A DNA stretch of 64,000 nucleotides, from assembly GCA_964188305.1 (NCBI GenBank), contig OZ076887.1; one strand, 5' to 3'. The DNA is from Podarcis bocagei. Lineage: Eukaryota. Shown here one piece after another: positions 24,210 through 37,163 of the stretch. Positions within the stretch are counted from its first letter, which is position 1; each line of letters begins with the position of its first letter. A program made the translations under genes and the position numbers. The notes beneath the pieces are model-generated. The model saw only the letters and a list, made by a program, of their open reading frames with translations. It did no database searches and was not told where the DNA came from.

Positions 24210-24984
24210 CTGGTGAGCATAATAATAATAATAATGAATTAAAAGGATGGCAGACTAAATCATTAACTCAATTTTTAATCATTCTTTTAATACTTCATGT
24301 ATAGCACTAAAAGAGCAATCATTAGCATTAATCCATTCTTGTTCATGTTTGTGAAAACATTAGTAGCATTTTGTTGTAAGTTACAACTCATTTATTCTTA
24401 TTCTCTTGATTTTCACACCTTGCTTTGCAGAACACATTTCACCCATATGTTCCACTGAGTTCCACACTGAGTCAAGCACAACTGAAGTGGCTGTTACAAA
24501 CCTTTTTGAATTCATTCACTGACACAAGGTATTTATTTTACTGATATGCAACATTTGTGAATATTTGTGAACATGTGCAAAAGAAGCCCCCTTGAAACTG
24601 ATGTCAGACGATGAGCCATAGAGATCTGAGCTGTGAAAATTTTGAAACTACATATGAGTAAACATACAACTTCTGGATTCAACTAAGATCAAGCTAAGGA
24701 CTAAACTCTGAAGCCAGCACTAAGTACACAAATTCCACAAATTACAGCAAGTTTGATTCAGTTAGGACTTCAATGCTGCTTACTCAAATTACTATTCTGG
24801 TGCAACTTGCTTGCATTTTATAACATATATTACTTATGAATTTATTCTTCTGAAGTATAGTCTGTCCTTCTGCTTCTGCATTTCCATCCCAGTGCTTAAG
24901 GATACATTTGTAATAAATCCAAAAGCGGTTCAAACAAATGTGACAGTGCTCTGCCTTTTTGCATGCATGTATCTTAAAAGTCGA

Positions 24985-25203
24985 AAGCACGTCAAAGTGC
25001 AAGTAGATAAATAGGTACTGCTCCGGCGGGAAGGTAAACGGCATTTCCGTGCGCTGCTTCTGGTTCACCAGAAGTGGCTTAGTCATGCTGGCCACATGAC
25101 CCGGAAGCTGTATGCCGGCTTCCTCGGCCAATAAAGCGAGATGAGCGCCGCAACCCCAGAGTCGGCCACAACTGGACCTAATGGTCAAGGGTCCCTTTAC
25201 CTT
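24985..25203 (+). mobile_element. Sauria SINE, 5'-truncated, 15-bp flanking direct repeat
   Basis: TATCTTAAAAGTCGA at 24970-24984 and 25204-25218; cctttaccttt tail. Confidence 0.92.
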
Positions 25204-25551
25204 TATCTTAAAAGTCGAGTAAGTGATGGCACAAAAGTTTCATCCCTGCTGCCAATTGCAGAGGATAATGCAACATGAACAGAAGCTACCTACTTCCACA
25301 CTGAACTACGTAGGCAGTCAATTCAAGAAGTTCTGCTTGAGGTCATTAATATGCCAGGCTCTCACTGGCAGGGAAGGAAATTTGCTTCGGCAAGGAGCAT
25401 AGGGAAACTTGGGCGGACAGTTCTTATCCTAGCCTCTCCCCAACAAGAGCTATTATGAATCAATAACAACTCTGTGAAATATAGGCCTCCTCAGCCACAG
25501 TCAGGGCAGACACCTTTGCAAGGATCAATCACAGGTAGAAAGTTTACTTAC

Positions 25552-25659
25552 TAGTTTGAAAATTATCCTGCCAACAAGCCTCACTGAGTCTGGGGGGAAG
25601 TTAGGCTCAATGCTCTTAATACACTTGCATTCCCGTTTGTGGTCCTGCCAGGCTTCTTT
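25552..25659 (-). CDS. SMYD3: SMYD3 coding exon 3
   Basis: cttgtag|...|gtaagt; 108 nt, phase 0; KEAWQDHKRECKCIKSIEPNFPPDSVRLVGRIIFKL vs human KKAWPDHKRECKCLKSCKPRYPPDSVRLLGRVVFKL. Confidence 0.97.
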
Positions 25660-27708
25660 CTACAAGTTGTGATAAAACAGAAGTTATTTTGCCGGTAAAC
25701 TTTTCAGAAATATAAAAAATATGAATTATTACTGCAAGAGACCAGTGCACAGATAAAAGCGATTTTGCGCAAGCATAAGAATATTTGGATCCAAGCCACT
25801 GATTACGGTTGGACATATGGTTTTTGCAAGAAATGCTGTTGAAACACTCGGTCTATTTTTACAGTAAGGTATGAATTGTTATTAGAATTACCAACCATTT
25901 AAATGTTTTAGTTGATCAACCATCTGTCTTTTACATCTAAATAATTTTGCATATTACCCAAACCTCAGTATAAGTGACTTTGTAGGATTCTGGAGACATA
26001 TTAGAATTTAAGCAAAATTCTACCACTGTGTATTAAATGAAAATATTTTCCCTATTTCTGTAATATAAAAACTGTCCTTCCATTTTAAGCTCTCTGCCAA
26101 AATTTCACCCCACTGATCAATTAACTGAAACTATCTGTGTAGAAAAAAACACAACCCACATACAGTACTAACAACTTCCTTATATAATCGTTACATTTCT
26201 TCTTTCAACTGTTTTACAGACCACACTAAGCTACTCTGCCAGGATACTGGGACCTACCAACACATGTGCTGAAACTGCAACTAGATAAAGGAGTTCTGGA
26301 CAAAAGTATTTTCCGAGATCTCACGCATAACCGGGCAAACAATTCATCCCCTCCCCTTGTTTGACTCTTTGAATTTGTAAATTTGGGTCAAGATCTGAAT
26401 AACAAGGAACTGATCTCACTGTTGGCTATTTGCAGTATAGTAACGCTGCAGAGAGCTTGCTGGGGAGCCCATGCATTAAAAAGGGACTCAAAAATAACTT
26501 AGACAAGGTTTTAATAACAAAAGCAAAAACTCCTTATACACTAAATACATCAACAAAACAGACCCAACCACCAACCCAGCCCCCAGGGTAATGGGAGAGC
26601 TAGGTGCTGCTCCTTATATACTACACCCAATTGCTGACACAGCTTAATCAATACAACTCAGCAGCACTTGCTATGTTTCACAGCTGTAAAGCTGGGTCTC
26701 TGGCCCTTGCTCTGGCCCCTTAAAGACATACACATCGGGTGGAACAATGATGAACCTTTACATTTAAAGAAACCATTCAACACTCACATCTTTCAGCTGC
26801 AGCCTAGGCCAGAACTGCCAAGTTTGGGAAGACCTTTGATTTCAATAATCTGAACTATTAGACTATGTCAAGACTTGGTAAATCAGCGTTATTAAAAAAA
26901 AATCTCACATAAGCTAAAAATTTCCAGGTGCCAAAGTGCTCAAAATTGTTTCTTCACCATTTGGTTTAATTTTATTTCATATACAAACTGGAGTGTTATA
27001 TCCCACAGGTCTATGTAAGTGTCTGAATTTAGTTTATTGATACTTTTATCTTTTCTGAAATAGAAATTTGTAATTGTTTTGATTTAGAGACCTTGTAATC
27101 ATAAACTATACCTCCTTTCCCCATATTTCCTTATCAGCAATTGTAACAACTTACTACTTTTAAACTATTTTTTCTTGCATTATCCCCCCCCCGCAACCTG
27201 TCTGTTGTTATAATAAATAAATGAAAAAACTACAAACAAACTGGTCAATATTAACTATGATTAGCTTCAAACAATCAAATTTCAAACCATGGTGTGTGAA
27301 GCATGCTTGTTTGAAACGAACTGCTGGTAAAATTAACCACAATTTCAGATCTAGGTGAGACCTGTGAATAATCAATTAATGAATCAGAAGCTTCCTTACT
27401 CCTCTTCCCAGCTGCATGGGAGGGAGATAAGTGGTAGCTCATAATCTCAGGAGGAGGTTAAACTTGTTTATGTAAAACTAAACTGTATGTCATGACACAG
27501 TAGAGTGTTGTACTGTGTAGATATGTTGCACAAATGCTCACCGTGCTCCTCCTGGGCCTGGAAAGGGTTAGTTTAATCTCTGGGTTGCTAGTAAAACTGA
27601 ATTACTGTGGCACAAAATGATGCACGTCTAAAAAGTGTGTCACCAACATAAAAGTTTGGAAAGCTCTGGTTCAGAGTAACGTCTGAATCTAGCCGATATG
27701 TACCAATA

Positions 27709-27915
27709 CAGTGGTACGTTGGGTTACAGACGCTTCAGGTTACAGGCTCCGCTAACCTGGAAGTAGTACCTCGGGTTAAGAACTTTGCTTCAGGATGAGA
27801 ACAGAAATCGTGCTCTGGCGGCGTGGCAGCAGCGGGAGGCCCCATTAGCTAAAGTGGTTTCAGGTTAAGAACGGACCTCCAGAATTAATTAAGTTCTTAA
27901 CCCAGGGTACCACTG
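27709..27915 (+). mobile_element. Tigger-like MITE (CAGTGGTACC family)
   Basis: TA TSD and TIRs; homologous to 35581, 53602 and 62085; strand is arbitrary. Confidence 0.88.
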
Positions 27916-29040
27916 TATCATCCAATTTCCTACATTCATAGGTGAGTGTGGATCCCTAAAGTAGACAAAACAGACCATTTAAGCAGATAAGGAGGTATTT
28001 GGGGAGCATCTAAAATACCTCCTAAAGAGAGTGGGAACCCCAGAACTAGCCTGATGAAGACTGATCACATACATTCAGTGGTCACAGAAAGCTGACTGAC
28101 TCTTCAGAGGGGTACATAAAACAGGGTAGGAAGGGATTGGATTGTCCTGGAGGCAGGGCTGACTAACCAGAACACTCAAACAGCAGTAGTCAGTTAATAC
28201 TGCAACATTTTGTTGCAGGTCCCCCTTATTTTTCTCTAAATCTGATCTCCTATGGAAAAATGAATAGGAACAAATCTCTGCCTTTTGTAAGATGCCGTTC
28301 TTTTCAGTGGAGCTTTCTGCTTTGCAGCAACTCTGATCCTGGCCCAATGGAACCAGTAATCCTCTCCTCAGAATATTTATGTTCAGCCTCCAATTTTGAC
28401 TGTCCCTTGATTTCTACCTCAAAAAGATTTTTCTGGGTTTTCGTTGTTGCTGCTGCTGCTATGCCAGATTTCTGCTTAAGGTTTTGCACAGCGGCTGGCA
28501 GGCAGGCAGACAACAGAAGCAAGAGGCATGACATGGGATTAAGGAGTGCCACTATATACAAATCTGCAAGAGCAGCTGAATGGACAAAAAGCATTTCTGT
28601 TTCTGGCACATGAAATAGTGGTTTAAAATTATACAGCTCATATTTTAATTTCACCCTTGCTCTCTTTGAACTAGGCCTGCACCAAATGGTCACAATATTT
28701 TCAGTGTGAAAAAAGTATTTTTGGAGAAGCCAAAATGGCCCCTAAATCAATCCTCAGTGCATACCTTCCAGAGTTATTTGTACGTTGTTCACGACCCAAT
28801 CGGTGAATCCTCATGTACCATTATTTTTAAGGGGTGGTTTCTTTATTCTGCTAACACAATTCTGGCCACTCTGAGATCATGTAATCAATGTGAAGATGTT
28901 GCAACATCTTAAGTCAGAGTTTCAGGTTCAATCTGCAACATCTCCAGCTAAAAGGGCTCTTGATAAGAAGCTAGAAGCACCCCTGCCAGACTTTACTGGG
29001 CTAGATGGACCAAAGGTGTGACTCAGTATAAGGTATATTC

Positions 29041-29751
29041 CCATAAGAGAAATATGTAAAATAACTAAGCAAGGATTAGGCATCACCCCAGAATTGGCCC
29101 TACTAAACACCTTCCAAGACAACAATGCCCATTTACACCACAAAGAACTCATAACCCACCTACTTTCAGCAGCCAGAAACACCATAACCAGACACTGGAG
29201 AGACCTGTCAGGAGTAAGCATGGACCAATGGTACCAAATAGTATGGGAAACAGCCCCACTAGAAAAATTAACCAATAAACTGAAACTGACATGGGGACAA
29301 ACAGAAGAAGACGCCTTTACCCCGGTATGGCTCCCCTTTATCACATACACAGCCCAACAAGACAATGACAATAATCCACCAACAGCATACAAATCAATAT
29401 GGCTAACCTGATCCAAAACACCCACCCACCTCACTCACACACGAAAACAAAGATCACCACAGCCAACCACAAACAAACAACCACACCCTAGGCCAACTCC
29501 AACCTCTCTCACCACCAAAGAAACACAAGTGAACAGCAGAGAACCTGTACGAGCAACGCTGACACCAAACCCTACATACATTAAGCAAAATAGAAACATT
29601 GCCACCCGACCCCACCCATCTCCCCCCCCTCCACCCCTTTTCTTCCTAATGTCTCAACAAAGGAAACTGATTTGTAAAAATGTTACATGGAAAAAATACG
29701 AGAGACATTACACATACTTCTGTAAAACAAGAAAATCTTTAATAATAAAAA
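29041..29751 (+). mobile_element. L1/Tx1-clade LINE 3' fragment
   Basis: ORF2 C-terminal signature LLSAARNTITRHW...W...F..VWLPF..Y, A-rich tail, 16-bp TSD AGTATAAGGTATATTC (29025-29040, 29752-29767). Confidence 0.85.
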
Positions 29752-30666
29752 AGTATAAGGTATATTCGTATAATTCACATACCCAAACAGATTTGACTTT
29801 GTGATGCTAGAAAGCCATTTCAAAGTGAAGGTGTGCACAGAAGCTTAACCAGGCCATCTCTCAAAAACTGCTGAAAGGGCAGATGGTGCATTTAGCTTAT
29901 TGTGCAAGTTTTTGTGAAAAGTTCCCACTCTCAACTTGGTTTTACTCCCCCTGGCAAATAATTGTTTTGGACTTCACTGAAAGTTCACCCTTCTAACTTA
30001 TCTGCTGTTTCGCATGGACTACAAAGCGAGAGCTATCGGAATATAACTGTAACTCAAAAGTATCCAGAAAACAAAAGTTATATGAATCCAGTTTCTTTCA
30101 CCCTAAATAAACAGTCGTGTCTCTAATCATTAAGACATCATTCTGCATAACGTAGCTGTACTGGCATGTTCCTCCCGAGCCAACTAAAATTGTTCTTTGA
30201 AGCCAGCCTTTATCTGACATGCTTTGTTCCTAAAATAAATGCTGGGAATGAGTTTAAAATATGCTAGAAGTGACACTGAGATGATCAACTGTTTATGCAG
30301 CCTTTAAAGGAGTAAGGAGATGAAATATGCAACATCACACAAAATCGTCTGTCTCATTCTTCTAATCTTAGCAGTGCTTTTTAAAGTTAGAAAGACATTG
30401 GAATCACATCTTTATGATCACTGCCAATTTGAATCCATTCACATCGTGAATACGGACTGCTTACAAACAGGCATAGCCTTCCCTAGTTTAGGCACTGCCA
30501 TGGCTGCACCTGCTGCCGCAAAAGAACCCAGTAACCTTGTGTGTATTTTGCATGAACAGTTTAACTTGGCAAAGTCCGGCCAATGTAACATAGTGCTTTA
30601 CTTCTGCTTGCATTTTTAGGCAGGTGTTTGGTTTGTTTTTTGTTATGGCTAAGTATTATTTAGTTT

Positions 30667-31030
30667 TTTAAAAGGTAAAGGGATAAAGTGACCCCTGACC
30701 ATTAGGTCCAGTTGTGGCCGACTCTGGGGTTGCGGCGCTCATTCTCGCTTTATTGGCCGAGGGAGCCGGCGTACAGCTTCCGGATCATATGGCCAGTATG
30801 ACTAAACCACTTCTGGCAAACCAGAGCAGCGCACGGAAATGCCGTTTACCTTCCCGCCAGAGCGGTACCTATTTATCTACTTGCACTTTGACGTGCTTTC
30901 GAACTGCTAGGTTGGCAGGAGCAGGGACCGAGCAATGGGAGCTCACCCCATTGCAGGGATTCGAACCGCCAACCTTCTGATCGGCAAGTCCTAGGCTCTG
31001 TGGTTTAACCCACAGCGCCACCCGCGTCCC
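30667..31030 (-). mobile_element. Sauria SINE, full length
   Basis: GGGACGCGGGTGGCGCTGTGG head, ggttcgaatc B box; 11-bp TSD TTATTTAGTTT. Confidence 0.95.
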
Positions 31031-31506
31031 TTATTTAGTTTGTTAGTTACAGTTAATTTGTATACCGCTTCATATTTCAATAGAATTGTCTAAGCAGCTA
31101 ACAAATCCTAGCAAAAAAGAACCAGTACATAAAAAATGCAAAGCAAATTCCACATTCAAAACCTAAGGATACTACTATTATTATTACTATTACTACTACT
31201 AATAATAATAATTCATTTTTAAGTAACATAATTCAATATATCAGTGTACATAAGCAAATTAACCAAGAACCACAAAAACAAAACAAATACAGAACATAAA
31301 AATATATAAAGTTACATCAAAATGCAACATAATGACACTGTACCATTAAAAAAATTCATTGTGCATGTGCATGCATGTATAATTTTTGCTGGCCATGACA
31401 ACCAATTTCCTAGATCTTAAGAAGAGTTAATGGGGAAAATATCAAGGCTAAAAGGGTAACATATTTGCATTATTCATTTGCAGCTAATTATCAGAGTAAT
31501 GATTAC

Positions 31507-31570
31507 CTGGCAACGTACATCACAGTATCTTGCAACTTTGCACTGAGAACACCTAAGCAGTCGATCCTTC
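31507..31570 (-). CDS. SMYD3: SMYD3 coding exon 2 (MYND zinc finger part)
   Basis: Minus strand ttgcaacag|G...CAG|gtaatc; 64 nt; translates KDRLLRCSQCKVARYCDVRCQ, matching remembered human SMYD3 KEKLMRCSQCRVAKYCSAKCQ. Confidence 0.95.
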
Positions 31571-33442
31571 CTGTTGCAAAGGAAAAAAGGGGGGGGGGGT
31601 GAAATACTTTGAATATTTAAGACAAATAACTTTCAGGTAAACTTTTAAAAAGTATGAAAAGCCTAATGCTAGAGTAGCAGTCCACAATCCAGGGAGCATT
31701 TTTAGAGCCAAGTTTCAAAGTTGGTTTTTGAAATGGTTTATAAGGCTGCTTAATGGAGTGAACTCACAAACCGGCACTTTTTAGCTTCCTAGGTTGTGGT
31801 TCTAGGAAACAGCATTCTTTGCCACTGACAACTAGGCAAGCTGTTTTGTGGTCTGACTCTTCATCTGAAATAAAAACTGCAGAGAAACAACTTGTGTCCT
31901 TGTGGTTGTACACATCACCTTTGTATTGTGCCCAGCTGTGTTTCCTAAAGTCTCAATAAAAAGGAACTTGAGAATTCTAGGTCAAAAAAATGACCTAGAA
32001 TATTTACAGCTTCTATTTTTGTATGTTCAATGGGCATAAAGTTAATTATTTTAACTCTGTTTGATTATTAAACAATATATTTTCCAGGAGAACAAAAAAG
32101 ATGGAAAGTCTCAGAATCCAATATTCATGCTCCGCTTGAACAATTTACAGCTTTTGCATCCTGTATGTAAATAATTCATAATATTTATAGGGGCTCTTCA
32201 AGCAATACCTGTTTGCCTTAAAATGAAATGCTACAATCCGGGTAGAATATATTTTACCTTTTATTGGGTGCAACAGTAAATAAAAGAAATAACCTTTTTA
32301 TTTTATTGTTCTCTTCTCATACAGTCAACTATGTTTGTGTTAAACTATGTTTAACATAGGAGAAATCCCAAGCTGATTTGCAGTAAACAACACAGTGGGA
32401 TATGGTTGGCCTTTTGAGGTCAAAAACGTGATATTCCATTGCAAGCTAAAATTCAGTAAATCTTAGTCCATATTTTATCTGCCTTAAGCAAAATTCTTGC
32501 TGTGAATCTGTAGGCGCATTGAGTTGCGGCATATATTTGTACTCTGAATTCCCCATCAATACAAAATAGCATTAAAGTTCTATCTAAATTGTTCCAGGGT
32601 CTGTAAGGCACTTGGGAGGGGGGCCTACAATAAAAAGAGATGGGGAACTAGAGATGTATTTGTATACCGTTAAGACGCTTGGTAGAAATGCTTTTTTATA
32701 TAATTCCTATTGTTTGCTAAGTAATAAAAACATGTAATTTAGTCCTTCAGTTAGCATGCTCAACAAAACACCCCAAAAGATAAGTGAAGAAATAAATGAC
32801 TAAAATATTATCAATTAAAAAAAATATATCTTTCCAGTGTGTGGTTTTAACTGTAACACTTTAGTCAGGTTACAAAACTTTTAGTAGACTGATCAGTTAA
32901 ATCAAAAGTAGCTCCAAACTCATATGGCAGCAGATTTTTTTCTGATTAATTAATTAAGTAATTAAAAGCCACATTCCGTATTGACAATCTGCCAGCTGAG
33001 GTCCATGGAGCTGTCAAAGGGCTCATATACAAGGAGAATGCAACAGCAGGTATACCGCAGGAACATCCCAGATATGCCATCAGAACAAAGTTGTTCTGCC
33101 TCTGAAGAGGCACAGCGGGACACAGGCTGCAGCTGTGGGCAGAAGGCAGGTAGGATGGAGATGTCATATATCCTGTGTCATATATCTTGTGCCCCTTCAT
33201 CCCACATGCTCTCCAAATGATCTAACTTTACACCAGCCCCTCACACAGTGCAAATAAGGGGAGAAATTTTAAAAGCTGCCTCTGAATCAAAGACTGAGTC
33301 ACACCCATGTCACCATGACAGAGTATAATATACGGTGTAACAAAGCACCAACACATAGCGCAGCGCCTGTATATGAACCCCAGACAGGGAGCTCATAATT
33401 CAGATCACAGGGCACACAAAGCGATGGCAGAAAAATTCAGTT

Positions 33443-33628
33443 TGCTGGGGTGCTAACTTGAATATAATATTGGGGGGCAGTAAGCCCCGCCCCGCATTAC
33501 TGATCACATGACACCATGCACACACAGCATTTGAATGGCAATGCCCATCAACTTTGACGGACCCAGCCCCTTCAAATATTTTATTGGGGATCCGAAGACC
33601 CCTCAGCCCCTAGGAGCTGACTCCCACG
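33443..33628. mobile_element. Probable non-autonomous DNA element remnant
   Basis: ggggtgctaact...agctgactccc termini with internal inverted segments (ttgaatataatatt / tcaaatatt). Confidence 0.4.
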
Positions 33629-33805
33629 GTTCCACTTGGTAAGACATGGGCTGTGATGCAAGCATTGCTGAAGACACAAGGGAATGAATGAATGAACGAA
33701 TGAACGAATGAATGAATGAAATTTATTACGGTCCCAGACCAGATTCACATTCCGTACTAAGCAAACATAAAACACAATAGAATTAAGACACAAGGGAAGT
33801 ATACT

Positions 33806-34069
33806 TGTTAAGTTGTGGGTGAACATATCAGACGGCACAGCGATTCTTCAAACAGCTCTTGTTTATTCACAGGCCAGAACAGAACTGAACTGAAGGGTTC
33901 AGCCAGCCTGCTTATATAGAGCTCCACTACAACGCAACAGTAACCATTTTCTGTAACTATCCAATCACTGAACGTCACTTTCAATCCCTTATTTGCATAT
34001 GTGGACCTGAGTGAAAACTATCTACAGTATCCCCCTGCTGGCCCAGGGTGAAAACTTCAGTACATGACA
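33806..34069 (-). mobile_element. Solo LTR, family X copy 2 (264 bp)
   Basis: TGT...ACA termini, 5-bp TSD ATACT; highly similar to 16836-17093. Confidence 0.9.
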
Positions 34070-34703
34070 ATACTTATCTGCTAGGAGCTGGAACAGGCAC
34101 AACCCACTCTGGACCAATCAGTTTTGTTTGGGTTCAGATTCAAGATGTCCACTGTACTAGTAACTACAGGGCTGGCTCAGTCATGAAGCGCGGTGAAGCA
34201 GTCACCTGAGGCAGCAGAAGCGCAAGAGGCAGTGCCCCTGCGGGCACTCCACCTACACTGCCGCCATGAACAGAGAAGCGAGATCTTGCCAGAACCTGCC
34301 ACTTCACAGGCGCTGCCATACAACCCAGGTAAGAGAAGCTGTGGTGGCAGCACGTTCCTGTTTTGCCTCAACCATTATTATTTTTTTGCCATACTGCCAG
34401 CTCCCTACAGCATCTGAACAGCGCGACATCTTGCTAATACAGTACATCTCTCAAGCTAATGTGCAGACCCGATACACTTGATGGAAATAAGGTGGGTGCA
34501 AGTAATAGTCTGAACTGCAGGCTCGCGCTCCTCTCCCTCTCACTACTTTCATCTTTGAGATTCATATCAGTTATTACTCTCACTATAGTAACAGGTGTGA
34601 AAATAAGCAGCAGCTGCATTTCACAGACCATTATTCAGGATCAGCACAAAATTCAGCTGTTTTGAAGTCAAAACATACTGATAGATCCAAACTCATAAAA
34701 CCA

Positions 34704-34829
34704 CATAATTGTAGAATTGGAAGGGACCACAAGGGTCATCTAATCCAACCCCCTGCAATGCACTCTGGGGCTCAAACCCATGACCCTCAGATTAAGAGTC
34801 TCATGCTGTACCAACTGAGCTATCCCAGC
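34704..34829 (-). mobile_element. tRNA-Lys(CTT)-derived SINE with CR1-like 3' tail
   Basis: gctgggatagctcagttggtacagcatgagactCTTaatctgagggtcatgggtttgagcccc followed by gcagggggttgga...tgacccttgtggtcccttccaa, similar to the CR1 3' end at 760-800. Confidence 0.85.
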
Positions 34830-35189
34830 AGTCATATAATATTTCTGAAATAGTTGATATTAATGCCCTGTGCAGGATTTATAGATCTTGATTTTCAAAA
34901 ATGTAAACCCCAAAGTGATGACAATTAGCATATTAATTCAATCTGTTTTTCTTGGCTTTATGCCAATGGCGCCTACACAGAATTCAGTGAAATCCATTCA
35001 GGTTAATACAGAGGTATTTTGGTTAAACTGGACTGTACATTGGGGTTTCTAGATCACTGCAGGATTGTTAAAAATGTATTAGATAGTTTAACAGTAAAAT
35101 GTAAAAAGATAGGTAAGGAGGGACATTGTAGAGATTTTTGTACAAAACAAGCAGATAGCAATAACCTTTTTCTCCTCTCACAAGACTAA

Positions 35190-35575
35190 AACTCGGGGCT
35201 ACCCAGGACAGTGGATTCAGAACAGACACAAGAAGCAACTTCTTAACAGAAAGCAAAACTTAGGAAATTCACTGACACGGTATGTGGAGATGGCTAATAA
35301 CGTAAGAAGGCTTTAAAAGAGAGTAAGAGAAACTCATGAAACAAAGATCTATTAATGGCTGTCATGGTGGCTGTATCTAACCTCCACGTTCAGGGAGAGA
35401 ATGCCACTCGACACCAGCTGCTGGGAAACAAAAAAGAAGAGGGTTGATGCTTTCAAGGCTTGTTGCAGAGAGGGGGCTTCCTGGAAGCATTTTGTTGGTC
35501 ATGGTGGGAAACAGACTACTGCAATAGGCAAGACCTTTGGTCCAAGCCATCAAGGTGGTTGTTATGTTTGTATAA
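35190..35575 (+). mobile_element. Degraded CR1 3' end
   Basis: ggattcagaacagac...ttcttaacag...gaaattcactg...ggctttaaaagagagtaagag resembles the CR1 ORF2 end and 3' UTR. Confidence 0.55.
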
Positions 35576-35580
35576 AGCTA

Positions 35581-35806
35581 CAGTGGTACCTCAGGTTACA
35601 GATGCTTCAGGTTACAGACTCCACTAACCCAGAAATAGTACCTCGGGTTAAGAACTTTGCTTCAGGATGAGAACAGAAATCGTGCTCTGGTGGCGCGGCG
35701 GCAGCCGGAGGCCCCATTAGCTAAAGTGGTGCTTCAGGTTAAGAGCAGTTTCAGGTTAAGTACAGACCTCCGGAACGAATTAAGTACTTAACCTGAGGTA
35801 CCACTG
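35581..35806 (+). mobile_element. Tigger-like MITE (CAGTGGTACC family)
   Basis: TA-cagtggtacctcaggtta ... taacctgaggtaccactg-TA. Confidence 0.92.
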
Positions 35807-37163
35807 TATATGTGAAACTCACCCAGTAGCCCACAACCTGCAATCCCCTGGCAGCTCAGGACTTGGCTCACCCATAACTGTGGAGCTAGGCTTCCAGGCA
35901 GCTCGCTACAAGCATCAACAGCTTAGTAAAGCTTAGGTGCAAATGTTTGGGTCTTTTGTGGAGGGCCATGTCCTCTATTGTCCCATGTGTCAAATAAGCA
36001 ACATGTTTTAGGTAAAGAATAATTATCCAAGTTCTGGTTTTCTTCTTCATCCTGTTTTGATGATATTAGAGAATAGCCAGATCATTTGTGAAGTGGTCTG
36101 GCTAAGATGGTGAAAAAGCAAATTTTCTTTCAGTGTAGTATAAGTGATCTTTCAAGGTCCTTTCCCCAGTTGTTGTCTTTTCAGTCTGCATGTTGTCACG
36201 TTGCTCCTTCAGATGTCCCACTGCTCTGTGTTATCAGTCATCACAAAAACATCAGCACATCCCTGTGTCTATTACGCTCACTGCTAGAGGCCAGGCTGGC
36301 CTTGGAAACTACCTACCTACGAGTCATTTTTCTCCTCTGTGCAGACCTAACCTTTCTTTTCACCATACTAACAGTTCAAGCACACAGTGAAGATAAAAGA
36401 ACAACAGGAGTTTGAGGAGCTATTCAGGACTTTGAAATAAGTTGAGGTGTGTAAGAGTTCAGCAACAATGCATCAATACTGAAAAGAAGACGGGTCACGG
36501 CATGAGTTACGATTCTGAGGGTCTAATCCAAAGTCCTGTTGAATCAATGGCATGCCTGCAGCATATTTCAATAGGTTTTGGTCCATGCACTCTGTGAACT
36601 GCAGTAATTATGCGAATGCAGTCTTTATAAAAACACAGGGCTCTCCATTTCCATACAAAGACGTTTTTCAACAATACTGTCGGAGCTTTACATAAGAAAC
36701 GACAACTTGGTTTGGATCAAGGCCCAAGTAGCAGAGCTACTTCCATTTTCAAAAAATGCCCCAATCAGATGTCTCTACAAGCTCACAAACAAGGCTATAA
36801 GGTAATGGTCATGTGTGCTATTTGCCCCCAGCATTGTAAGGATGTGCCTTGTATCTCTCTGTGTGTGTTGTTGTTGTTTTTTTTAAAAAAAAAGCTGATC
36901 TGGTTCTGAATCGCTCTGTAGCCTCTCAGCTGCAATCTGTGTTTCATGTTCTGAGCTGCTCCATATAAAAGAAAGCTCTGTGTTCCCCCATTCACTATAA
37001 AGAGGAATCTAAAAACAGCTATAACTCCTTTTGACCAATATGGATGAAATGCACTTTCACTCCATAGCTCCTCCAGAATAGATTAAGCCTGCCAAATTGC
37101 GGTCAAATGGGTTCGGGGGTTTTTTGTGGGGGAAGTAATAGGGACTTTCTTTCTTTCACAAAA

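Noticed and set aside
25708-25842. Plus-strand frame KYKKYELLLQ...FCKKCC after a possible acceptor
   Set aside because: No recognisable homology or partner exons; likely a chance frame.
28051-28080. Hammerhead core CTGATGA
   Set aside because: No helix II followed by GAAA.
34760-34829. Functional tRNA-Lys gene
   Set aside because: Acceptor and T stems are disrupted and it is fused to a CR1-like tail, so it is a SINE head.
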